Assembly (NCBI GenBank): GCA_030295235.1
Contig: AP026127.1
Location: 62,001-126,000, forward strand
Source of the DNA: Fistulifera solaris
Lineage: Eukaryota
Direction: 5' to 3'
Length of the DNA: 64,000 bases
Shown: positions 24,363-35,982 of the stretch, piece after piece
How positions within the stretch are numbered: position 1 is the first letter of the stretch
Layout of the letters: every line of letters starts with the position of its first letter
The notes under the pieces: model-generated
Seen by the model: only the letters and a program-made list of their open reading frames with translations
Told to the model about the DNA's origin: nothing
The model's database searches: none
Translations under genes and position numbers: made by a program

Positions 24363-27300
24363 ATGAAATTGTCGTCGTCGGCTCCGGAAATGAGCAGCGA
24401 TAATACCACATTGCCGCCCAATCATCCCCCGATCGTTGCGGAAGAAACGAACGGTGAACCCAATCTTCTGTTGCCGCCGGCGGCTTGTCCCTTTCCGGGG
24501 TTGCCTTTGATCCGAAACTTTGGGAAACATTCCAAGCAAAATTGGCTTCCAACGGCGTTTTCCAGCATCCTATGACTCATGACGAGGACCAGGAAAACGA
24601 AGAAAATGTTCATCTCGTATCGTTACGCGGCGAGGTCGACGATAATCTCCCCTTTCCTACCACATACTTCTGGAAAGGATCTGAAGCAACCAATTATCGA
24701 GTACAAGTCATCAACGAAATGACCAAGCGAAGCAAGGATTTGGTGTTGGATCGGTCCAAGAACGAAAGTCTGTACGAAGCCGTGTATGACAATCCTCGCG
24801 TCAAAGAAGCTCACATTCGCAAATGGGGCGCAGAAGTAGCAGAGAATGTCCGCAACGGAACGGCCGAAGTTCGCGTCAAAATCATCGTCGGCGAGGAATT
24901 GTGTTGTTGGCTCACATTGGAAGAAATGAAAACGTTGGGTACGAACGATCTCTATCAAAAATTCATCAAGAGATCGAGATCCATCGATAGAATCCGAATT
25001 GCTTTGTCGTGCGTCGCCAAAGATCATTCCCATCAGCGAACGGATGAAAGGAACGGATCATCGTCGAGCATGAGAAAAGAAAAGACTCTCTGTGTGTTTT
25101 TCAAAAGGTCCTAGTCGCCCGACGTCTCCTGCCAAGCAAAGCAGTCCCATGAAAGGTATTCAGCGAGAAAATGGAAGCAAGCCCTCGTGCCACACATTAA
25201 AAACGGTGTTGGTCGCTCACCGCAGTCCAATGGATGGTCCTCTTCTCACCAGAGAGAACGAGATCACTTGCCTGGATGACATGGTTCAGAGGGGCGATGG
25301 TGTGGACGTGGTGACTCCTTACTATTTGGAAGAATACTCATTTTCAGCGAGTGATGGATTGACACTATCTATACTTGATACAGAATCCACGACTGTTTTG
25401 GACTTGTTGTCATCGTCAACGGTTCGAGCGAAAACGACCATGGGAGTCCGTGTCATCAATCGAGCGTCCAAAAGGAGTAAGGATTTAGTTTTACAAATCA
25501 ATGACACTGACACAATCTTTGATGCGGTCTATGATCACCCAGGAGTCAAAGCAGCGCACGTCCGGAAATGGGGCAGTTCCGTGGTCCAGGCCGTTAAAAG
25601 TGGAACATCGGAGGTTCAGTTTTGTGTCTGGGACGATGATACGGATAGGCCGTGGAGGGTCTTCTCCATTGATGAACTGAAGTCGACTACGACCCGCCAA
25701 CTTTACGAGCTTGTTTCCGAATCGAGCAACCTCATTACTATCTATTTGCAATGCGTGCCTGTCGACAGTCATACTTCAACCTCTGACAACAACTCGTTTT
25801 CCGGAACATCACCGCCAGAACTCAAGATGGAGCCGCTGACAGATAAGGCTAGTGGATCCTCGGTAAGACCAGAAGCAAAAAGCTTATGTAACAGTATCGA
25901 CGAAGACAGTCCTTCGCTCCATGACAAAGAGCTGAGCAGCTTGGAACAGCAGAAGCGACAAACGTTGCAGCGACTGAAGATGATGAATGCGCCCCGTCGC
26001 CCATCCCTTCGAATCATGAAAGATGGCAGGCCGCAATTTACTATAGAGACGGAGGAAAGGTCAACGGATAATTTGGTTGTAAAGAAGCCCAGCCGTGGGA
26101 ACCACATGAAATTGGCTGCGGTGCCCCATATTCCTCGCACTCGATCATTCCCGACGACTCGGGTGGCAACGAATGATAATGCAGAATTCGTGCGCCGTAA
26201 TGGTAGCTACAGTCAAGAAACGGTTTTCACCGATCCAACCGAAACGCTTAGGAAAGAAGGCGTGTCTTATGACTCTTCAGCGGATCCCAATACGGCTGGA
26301 TGCTCTAACACTTCATGGAACTCGCCGACAAAATCTTTGATCCGCAAACGGCTGCTTGGTGCTTTAGACCGTTCAAAGGCGAATTCTCCGGCTACGGAAG
26401 TGTCATCTCAAAGTGCTGATCAGCATGTACATTTGCGAGGAGAGCAGAAGGTGTCGATCCCGTACACCGAAGGAGATGTGACACTGGACATTAAACCGAC
26501 GAAGAATGCAATCGACCAGCAGAGTGGCAACGAAGAGCCATCGCGATCGAAAAGAGAAGTGTTGACGAATCATAGTGACAAGCTGGCGTCGTCAATTGCT
26601 CTTGATCTCCCATCTACATCATTCACAACTATGCAAGACGTCGACTCGAACTCTAACAGCCGGATACATGAGCCACAGGACAAACTCAAGACCAACGATA
26701 AAATAAAACGATTTTTGGCGTTGCAGCAAGGAAAAACAGACTCAGTCTCCCCGGATGATGACGCTTCGTCCGAAGTGCATTCATTGTCCGCGTGCACTCA
26801 AAATCGCCGTGATATGCCACCATTGAAAGAAATATCGGTCATTGCGGACAGTAGAAACTCAGATATTATCCCTCTCCCTCCGGCCGGTCCTCAGGAAATC
26901 TCGCTCCCGGCGAATGTTGTCAAGGATGTCTTCCCATACCATATAATTCTTGATGCCGATTTTGGTATCATACAAGTGGGAAATAACCTCGAGGTTCTTC
27001 TCGAACAAACCGGCCTAACGGGTCTGTGTGTAAATGACATTCTGGCAGTTACGAACCCTATCCCCATGATGGACGGATGGGATTGGACCGTGCTGGAGAA
27101 GATGAAGGATAAAACCATATTTTTTGAATCCGTTCTGCCGTCACCCTCCGGCGACAAACGAAAATTGAAGGGAACAATTGTTGAGGTTTCCGCTTCACCC
27201 AAACACGTCATGTTGGTCCTCTTTCCCAATGTAAAGAACCTTGCGGAAATGGAAGACGCCAATTTATCTATGGGAGACTTGCCCCTTCACAGTTGTCAAC

Positions 27301-29457
27301 GTGAAACAGTATTGTTCGGAGAGCATAGCAAAAGTGAAGTGAATTTAACAAATCATCTTGATCAGCTCCATAGAGATTTGATTGATTCCATGGAACAACA
27401 GATAAAGGATCGTACCGAGGAATTGGCGGCAGCGTTTCGGAACCTTGAAGCGGCAAACGCGCGACTGGCGATACAATCGGCTCGTCAGCTGGAGCATTTC
27501 GCATGTAAGTCTTTTCTGATAACTTTATTGGCTGCTCGTTTCAACAATTGAACTAAGCTAACCTTTGCATGTACCTCCTCCCGACTCGTTTAGGCATGTC
27601 TCACGAAATCCGAACTCCGTTGAATTGTATTGTGGGTATGTCTTCGCTTCTGTTGGACGACGCCGATGACATGGAGCCGATGCATGCCGATTCCATCCAG
27701 ATGATCAATACCAGCGGCGAGTTGTTGAAGGCCGTTGTCGACGACGTTTTAGATTATGCAAAGCTCGAGAGTGGAAGTTTTGAGGTGGACATCAAAGAAG
27801 CGAATCTGCAGAGCACATTAAACAGCGTAGTCCATTCCATGTCCGAGAAAGTGCGAGAGAAGAACATTCGTCTTCGACTGGACTACTCTCCATTTTTACC
27901 CGAAATTGTCGAAACAGATTCCCGGCGACTGCAGCAAGTCCTCTTTAATCTACTCGGCAATGCTGGCAAATTTTCCAACCAAAACAGTGTGATTGATTTG
28001 ACTGTAAGTCTCGTTCCTGTGGAATCGACGGGAGTGGACCCCGCGGAAACGAGCAACGGTCAAGTCATTCGATTCGAAATCAAGGATTACGGAAAAGGTA
28101 TCCAAAGCAAAGACTTTCAGACCATTTTCGAGCCATTCTCGCAAGCCAGCAAGGAGACGCAAACGCTTTATGGCGGCACCGGGTTGGGCCTGAGTATAAC
28201 TTCCAAGTTGGTGCATCGATTGGGTGGAACCATAACGTTACAGTCCGAGTACGGAAAATTCGCCGAGTTCACCGTAAATTTGCCGATGCGAGGTGAAAGT
28301 GTGGACGTCGAATGTCTCTCAAAGCGAGTCGAAAACACCACCATTGTCTTGATCGAAAACCCCACGGTCCATGATTATAGCTTCACCAGTCACGCCATCA
28401 AGCCCGAACCAATTCCACTCAACGCCGAGACGGCAGCGGCCTACCATGTCAACGTCGAACGATGCACGAGTTTGGAAGAAGCCTGCCAGCGCATTCAAAA
28501 CAACAACACTCCGACCAAGACGCATCACTTTGCGTTTTTGGTCCACGAAGAGTTGTATCAAAGCGGAATTCTGGAAAGGCTGGACGGTCTGGTGGGCCAC
28601 TTGAATCACACGCTCATGACCTTTGGTCCGGATTTTAGCGTCGACTCGACAAAGGATCGCCATTTCAAATCTTTGTCCGGTATCTTTGCCTCGTCGCTTA
28701 TTAACAAAATTGCCGGTTACATAGAACAGCGAAGAAGGGAGAAACTATTGTTTGCTACGGGCTCTTCGCTCGCGCCAACAAGTGTTCGTGAGATGCCTTT
28801 AATGACGCCAGCAGCTTCTGCACATGTTTCAACCCAGAACCCTAACCCTCCGCAGCCTGGATCCTCCGTCATCATTTCCCCCAATAAGATTGTCAAACAC
28901 ATTCAACCATCAACGACGGCAACCGCCGAACGGCAGCATTTAAAAATTTTGTACGCCGGTACGTTGTTTCGTGTCTTTGCGCTTTCGACTATGAGCAGAA
29001 TCTCTCACACACTATCAGAGGACAACAAAGTGAATCAAAAAGTCCTTTCGCGCATTCTCACTCGCGCCGGAATCACGCAACTCACCATTGTCGACAACGG
29101 GAAGAAAGCAGTCGATTTGACCGAAACCGAACAATTTGACATTATCTTCATGGATATTCAGGTACGTCAACGTGAATTCACGTAAGATTCGAGGAATGCG
29201 AAATTCGTTTCTTAACTTCCTTCCTCTCTTCGTTCGTTCGCTCTTTCTTCACAATCCTCTAGATGCCCGTCATGGATGGTATGCAAGCCACCAAGATTAT
29301 TACGGAGCGCAATCCGTTCGAAAAGATTATTTTCTGTACCGCACACGCCTTGGAAGAATTCAAAGAACAAACCGAAGCCGTTGGTGCCACTCACTTCATT
29401 TCGAAACCCTTTCGATTGGATGACATTGAGCGCGTATTGCAAGAATTGGGGTATTAG
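24363..29457 (+). CDS. Hybrid histidine kinase: two copies of an unknown ~100-aa domain, HNOBA (PAS + coiled coil), HisKA, HATPase, receiver
   Basis: HNOBA motifs FPYHIILD..IIQVG, LKG, PNVKNL..DLPLH..RETVL. H-box ACMSHEIRTPLN. N box QVLFNLLGNAGKF, G1 DYGKG, F box IFEPF, G2 GGTGLGL. Receiver ILYAEDN...FMDIQMPVMDG...TA...KP. Introns 27505..27593, 28959..29018, 29162..29262. Single-base frameshifts in T-runs near 24493 and 25100. Confidence 0.88.
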
Positions 29458-30445
29458 CGGTGCCTGCAAAGTGAAGGATTCTTCACAAAAGCGCGGCTAA
29501 AAGCTAAATTCCCTCCTAACAGGCCGCATGCACCAACTTTCTGTCCTGTTTACTCCACACACACTTTTTGTCTGGATGCACAAAGAACCATTTTTCATTT
29601 CTCCCTTGTTGATAGAAATAAGAAAAAAGAATCATCATTACCACCAATTAGCGCGACATTTTTCAATCCATTTGTAAAATCAGATAGCTTCCTGTTATTG
29701 TTTTCTTTCAAAGACGTTCTCCTTTCTTGTCGAATTTGTTCACTTGCAGCATGCTCTTCACGTTTGACGACGAGTGCATCGCAACACAAGGACGTGCTCC
29801 CCTCGCGATCCTTCCGTAAGCCCGAATAATCATCCGCACCGACGCGACACTGTATCCCAGTTTCTCAAAGTCTGGATCGATAGGAAGCTGCTGTTGTGAA
29901 TTGTATGGACGTTATCAAAGTTGTTGCAAGCACACTTCTGTTGACGTTTCGATGAAATAATAACGTCGTCGTCCGCTTCTCGCGTGTTGCGTGCTTGCGT
30001 CGCGCAATAAGGATCCGGATCAATACCCACATTTAGTCCGTTGCGTGTACATAACTCACGTGATCCTTCGAGTGCCGGCTTGTATTTTACAGCCTGTAAC
30101 AGTAGCCATGAACAGTACAATTATCTTCAACGGACAAAAATGTGGGCTCTTGATAGTGTAAGCCTTACTGTACCGGTAGCCGTCGACCCTCCATAATGTC
30201 ACAACAGTATTCCGAGCCACTCATTATGCAACAGTCGGGCTGGTGGACGTCGCATAGTCCGCCCGCGACCCGCAACAACCTTTCTCTTTTCAAGAAGTAG
30301 GGCAATCATTGACAGCGGGAATGGCGTTTGTATAGCATATGCTATGATAAAGTCCAGCTACGGTTGATATGGATTTTATTACGTTTCTTGCAATTGTCAA
30401 GCTTGTGACTGCTATTGTGCAATCCAGCGCTATCCAACGCCCTTT

Positions 30446-30886
30446 TCACACATGTTCCCCTTCAAACACAAACGAATGCAATTCTGTAATATGTTCAATC
30501 AATGTCTTTTTGTGATGCGCAGCCTCCGCCTCCTCTTGGTTGGCTTGTACTTGCAATTCGATCATCATTGACACTTGAAGTAACCACAGAATTTCCGTGT
30601 GTCTGTTTTCACGTTCAGTGCACCAACTTTCATCTTTCGATTTTTCCTCACGCAATGCCGACAAAATCGTCTCCAACGTACTAATTGGTGCCGCCGTGGG
30701 ATCAATGTCACCCTCTCTCTTCTTGACACTGTCAATCATTGCTGTGACCCATTTCATGTTTTCATCGATGGCCGATCTTCCTTTTATAGAAGGAGGTGTG
30801 CTGTAGGTAATCAAATTCAATAGATCGACGGCGGCGGCGGTGACTGTTGCTTGGTGGCCGAAATCGCTGATGGTTGGATAGAGCAA
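30446..30886 (-). other. ORF of unknown function, possibly a gene fragment
   Basis: 146-aa ORF with helical, protein-like composition. No recognisable motif and no clear ATG start. Confidence 0.25.
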
Positions 30887-32145
30887 TGCTGACGCGGGTG
30901 TAGCCAGTGCAGGTGTAGCTACCGCATGGGCAAACGGCGTAGCAAAAAATCTGGATGCACGTAGAATTCCAGTACATTTTTCTACGTCAGCGATAGCGCC
31001 GTGTTATTTTTTCGAAGCGTGCCGATGCCAAACGGTGTGACATCGCTGAGTGGAGTAAATAGTAGTTTTTGAAAAAAATAGATTGCAAATTCTAACGACT
31101 TTTTCATCTTCCGACCATTTCGCCTTTTTCCCATTGTCATTTTAAAGCATGATAACGCATCATACGTGTTGCCTTTCCCGTTAGTTTTCTTTGAACAACC
31201 TTTATCAAAGGCATCGAAAGGGTGGTAAAGGCTAGGCTATTGGTCCAGATCAGAGGAGTTGTTCTCAAAGATGCTGATTATGTGCTTCGTGTCCATCGAG
31301 AGAGTAAAGAGCGGACGGCGGGGATTTGAAAGCAATCTACTGGCAGGAGGTCTCTTATGGTCGTCATGATCGTACATTCAATCAACCAGGTGGTGGAAGA
31401 AAGAGGCTTGCTCACGATGAACTTTGTCGGGCATGTTTAGTATGATCAAATGATGCATACACTGTACAATGGATGTTCACTTGAAGTTTGTCAAAGTCAC
31501 ATTCGGTATTCCATCTAACCTTCATATTTCGTGAGGGTTCCTATGTGAACCATTCCTCCACAAATTCTTGTTACTCTCAAACATATTTCTTGGTGTCGGA
31601 AAATAACAATACACTTCTCCTTGAGCACGCAAGGTTGCAGGCTATCTGAAATGTGACGGCGAAAGCGCTAACAGAAATAGCATCTTACGGCAGTGTGTCG
31701 TGCGACAGATATTGGAGTTGGAATTTTAGCAGCGGGTAGAAAATATGCGCTTTCGAAAATGTTTTGAATCGAAAGTGGCAATCCACTCGTCCTGGTTAGG
31801 AAAGATTCTAGGCTAGACAGATGGCGACGGCGCATATGCCCTCAGTGAGAGGAGAATGCGTTTCTCACGACAATCAGACGAAAACTTTCAGTCGAAGAAG
31901 ATAGGAGTTGTTCACATCGAGATAATAGTGGACTAAAGTGGCAATAAGGAGATGCGTTGAGAGTCGAGCGTAGTGACGACGCATGCCGACGTTACCCTAT
32001 GTTGCATCTAGGAACAAATGATGCGAGAATCTAACGTAAGTTACCAATCCATCGGATATAAAGATAAATCGGTGCCATTGTTGTTATTGAAGCGTAAATG
32101 TGGTCTTTGAAAGTTTATTATTGCATGGAAGATACCTTCGGAGCA

Positions 32146-33499
32146 TTAGTTTTTTACTAAGACTTCTACGGTATAAATGCACGTATTTTCTGAAAATGAC
32201 CCGGATTTCCATGGTTTAACACGGGGTATCGCTGACGTGAGAAAAATGTACTGGAATTCTACGTGCATCCATATTTTTGCTACGCCCGTTTGCCCATTTT
32301 CCTTCCAATGCTGAATATATGGTGCCATCTGGTCTCTGGTAAAGGGTCTAGCAAATACACTGGGGAATGCACCAGCCGTGTAAGGGAAAACAAAGTAATT
32401 GTTGACCATGTTCCGAATCTCGCGCGTCGCGATAATACGCTGATCATGTCCATAATTGCTTCGCGATTGTTTTCAAAGATTGGTTCAATTTCCTTGCCAA
32501 TATTCATTAATAACCGTTTCATCTCTTTTTTTAGAGCTTGAGTTGACATATCCTTCCCTTCAAAATTCTGAACCAGTTCCTCCTTAGCTTTCGCGAAAGT
32601 ACGCTGAAATTCCATTTGATTGAACGAGACTCATCGCATTCACTATGCGCTCAAAACACAGATCCTTTATTGCTTGCAACCTTGTAGAATTGTCCAACTT
32701 GATCCAATTGGAGATGTTAGTAAAGGGATATTTGTCAAGTTCTTGGCGAAGGCACCACTCAACCAAGCCCTGCCATGTCCTCCTTGCACCATTCCCGCCG
32801 TCCACGCAATCTCTTTTCTGTTGTCTTTTTGTTTCGTCAATCTGCTTCGAATAAATGTTCCATAACGGCACATTGGGGTGGTCTTCTTGTACGTGATTTT
32901 TTATCATTCTTTTTACATCCTTAAGTACCGTCCGAAGCTGGTTTTCCAGTTTTGTCCTGCAACTCTTCAAAATAGTTAATATCAAAGAACCGCCCAAAAT
33001 CAAGATTGCATTTTAACTTCAATTCTTTTAGACAGACGGGACAACGGACGCCAAGATGCTCAATGTCATTGGTTTGCAAAATTCGAAAACAACGTAGCGA
33101 TTCATCATTTAAAGCGGCTTTGGTTAAAGGATGGAACATATCTGAATTCTCAGCATCAAGGCTTGACTCTTTATCCTTGTTGTCCTTCGGATAACCAAAC
33201 TTGGTGCCACTTTCACTCCTGTCGCTGTTGTCTTTGTCGTTGCTATCACTGTCATTACTGTTGTTCTCGGTGTTTAGGCTATCACCGTCATCATTGCTGT
33301 TCGCGGTGTTGTTTCTGATGTCGTTGTCATGGTCATGGTCGCGGTGGTCATCCTCATCATCATTTGGGCAGAAATAATCAAAATCTTCATTGCCATCGTA
33401 GTTGACATCAGGATCCACCCTTAACTTTTTCTGAGCTGGTTCAGATTCAGTCGAATGACTAGCCTCTTGAAAACTCCTTACTGCAATTTGTGGCGGCAT
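32146..33499 (-). pseudogene. Frameshifted gene of unknown function (D/N-rich N-terminus, CxxC, helical C-terminus)
   Basis: Overlapping same-strand ORFs 33499-32921, 33003-32584, 32615-32280 and 32409-32146 look like one interrupted reading frame. It contains RCPVC. Confidence 0.45.
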
Positions 33500-33542
33500 C
33501 CGGCGTCCAATCGGGAGTGAACTCGAACCGCCATGCTTGCAA

Positions 33543-34726
33543 ACGCAGATATCGACTCAATTTCATGTTTTCAAAATATCCCTTGCCTACCAAATGATGA
33601 GTGGCTTATAGAAAAACAGGCACACGCGGCAAAAACGCAGCAACAACTACTTACGCCGCTGGCGTGCGGTCCATTCTCCTAACACTTCGTGATGGGGCGG
33701 CACATCCATATGACCGTGCTGCTCATAAAAATCAACCAACAAAGCCATGTTCTTGTCCCAAGACTCATCAGATTCTTCTTCATAGGGCAACGGAATGCCC
33801 ATCTGCATCAAACGATCGATACACCCGATGGGTAGCCAGTCGTGCTCGGTCTTGACTGTTTGACAAAAGCATGAGGCAACAGTAAATGAATTCAGAGGAG
33901 ATACTCACAAAACACTCTTACCTTGCTGATGTAAAACCCACGCATTTAATTCCGAATCTTTTTTGTGCATGAAATCAAAGGAACCATAATTTTCTTTGAA
34001 ATCTTGCAGCCGCCAAAACATTGACTCCCATTCTTCCATGTCTCGGCCTCCATTCGGACAAAGCATCACTGGGAGTCTCAAAGAAGTTCATCATTCTTGT
34101 TCTGCGTTTGTCTGAACAAGATGAAGACAAATAACAAAGAGTCAGACGCAAGTATCGCCTCAATTTCATGTTTTGAAAGTATCCCTTGCCTACAAAAATG
34201 TGAGCAGTGGGTTATAGAAAAACGATCAAACGCGACAACAACTACTTACGTTGCTGGCGCGGTCCATTCTCCCAACACTTCGAGATCGAGCGGCACACGC
34301 ATATGACCGTGCTGCTCACAAAAATCAACCAGCAAAGCCATGTTCTTGTCCCAGGACTCATCAGATTCTTCTTCATAGGGCAACGGAATGCCCATCTGCA
34401 TCAAGCGACGGATACACCTTTCGTGTAGCCAGTCCTGTTTGGTCTCGACTGTTTGACAAAAGCATGAGACAACAGTAAATGAATTCAGAGGAGATTGCTC
34501 ACAAAACACTCTTACCTTGCTGATGTAAGACCCACGCATTTAATTCCGGATCTGTTTCTTGCATGGAATCGAAGGAACCATACTTCTCTTTGAAGTCTTG
34601 CAACCGCCGAAGCATTGACTCCCATTCTTCCATGTCTTGACGCCCCCATTCATCCCAAGTATCATCGGTCATTTCTTTTTTGCTGGCCTTCTTGGAGGTC
34701 ATCCAATTAAGGAAAAAGCTTATCAT
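33543..34726 (-). pseudogene. Tandemly duplicated, degenerate helicase-associated (HA) domain gene fragments
   Basis: HA-type motifs WESMLRRLQDFKEKYGS...ELNAWVLHQ and WDKNMALLVDFCEQHGHMRVP...LGEW. Segments ~33543-34070 and ~34145-34660 are diverged direct copies. Confidence 0.65.
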
Positions 34727-35982
34727 GTTTGTTTATTGTTGTCTGGATGAGAAGAAAACAAATAATAAAGAGAAAGAAAAGAACTTTTGCGACCCTGCGA
34801 AGCGCAAAATAAAGCAAAAGCGTGACGGAATTCTTTCTTCGAATTCGAAACGTGACAATTGTCAGTCCCGGTAGGATAAGCTGTATGTTGAATAGACTCC
34901 CTCCACTTATTTACAGTTCGTCAATGAGAAGGTGAAAAGTGATGACTGTGAATGAATGAGTAGCACAAATGGCTAGTAATTTGTGCGGCGTTTTTTATCA
35001 AAAAAATTTGAAACGTTTTATTTTTGATCCGCAAAACCGATGCTTCAATCAGAAGATGGAGTGTTGCGCGCATCGATTTAGTTTTCACCACGGACAGCCA
35101 AAGAAGAAGCGATGATGATGGCAGGATGATAGGCCTCGGGATGATGATGCTCTTTGCAATTTAATTCGAGTGTTTTTTGACGCCTTCGTTCGAAAGAAAG
35201 CGTGAAATGGACCTCGCCACAAGCACTTTATTTCGCGTTTTTGTCAATTGAACCGAACGCCGTTATATGGTTGAATCAACCGGCCTCCGTTCTATAGTCA
35301 GTTCAGAAAGATCCCTTGCCACGTTTCATCATCTGATAGGCGAAATGCGTTTAACTCCGAAAATTTGGAGCGTCTATTTCAGCTCAAGCAGGTCTCTAAG
35401 TGGCGTTTACATCGAGCTCTTAATCCCCAAGCTCAGGCAATTTTTCTGGTCGCTGACACGGCGATCCGCTGTCTCGGTATTTGCTCAATCGACTTTGCTC
35501 TATCCTTCTCTTGGCGAAACTGCCGTTGCATCCCTTTTTGTTATGCAAGGTATACATTCGACAAGCGTTTGTAACTGTGGAAGATTGCGAACTGCAGCCG
35601 CGTAGTTCACAAGCTCGAAGTTGCTCTCACTCTCTTCGTTATGAAAAATGTGAAAAAGCATCCTCATCACCAAATAACGCGAGCCCTATCATTCCATGGT
35701 AATGAATAATCAGTCTCCAGTCGATCTTTCCTTGTAAAGTGGATCTCCTTCCTTGTCGAATTTATGCTTTTTCAGCGGTTTCTTCGGTTTCGACGGTTTC
35801 ACCGAGAACGACTCCTCGTGCACAGGAGCGCTCCCAGCAACGATCGATCCTTGAGTGGGCTCTACAATTTAAATGCAGAGACAAAGTTGGACCCCGTACT
35901 CTGTAGCCTACACTACCTAAAAAGTAAAAATCGCAACCACTTACCCTCTAGTACTTTTTTGAGCGATAGTAACCGTTGCAAA

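Noticed and set aside
16137..29457. Bacterial H-NOX/kinase operon or contaminant contig
   Set aside because: Both genes have spliceosomal introns that restore conserved motifs, and they are interspersed with eukaryotic transposons.
35764..35982. N-terminal part of the 379-aa ORF as LINE ORF1
   Set aside because: It crosses the left target-site duplication, so it is flank plus 5' UTR that happens to be in frame.
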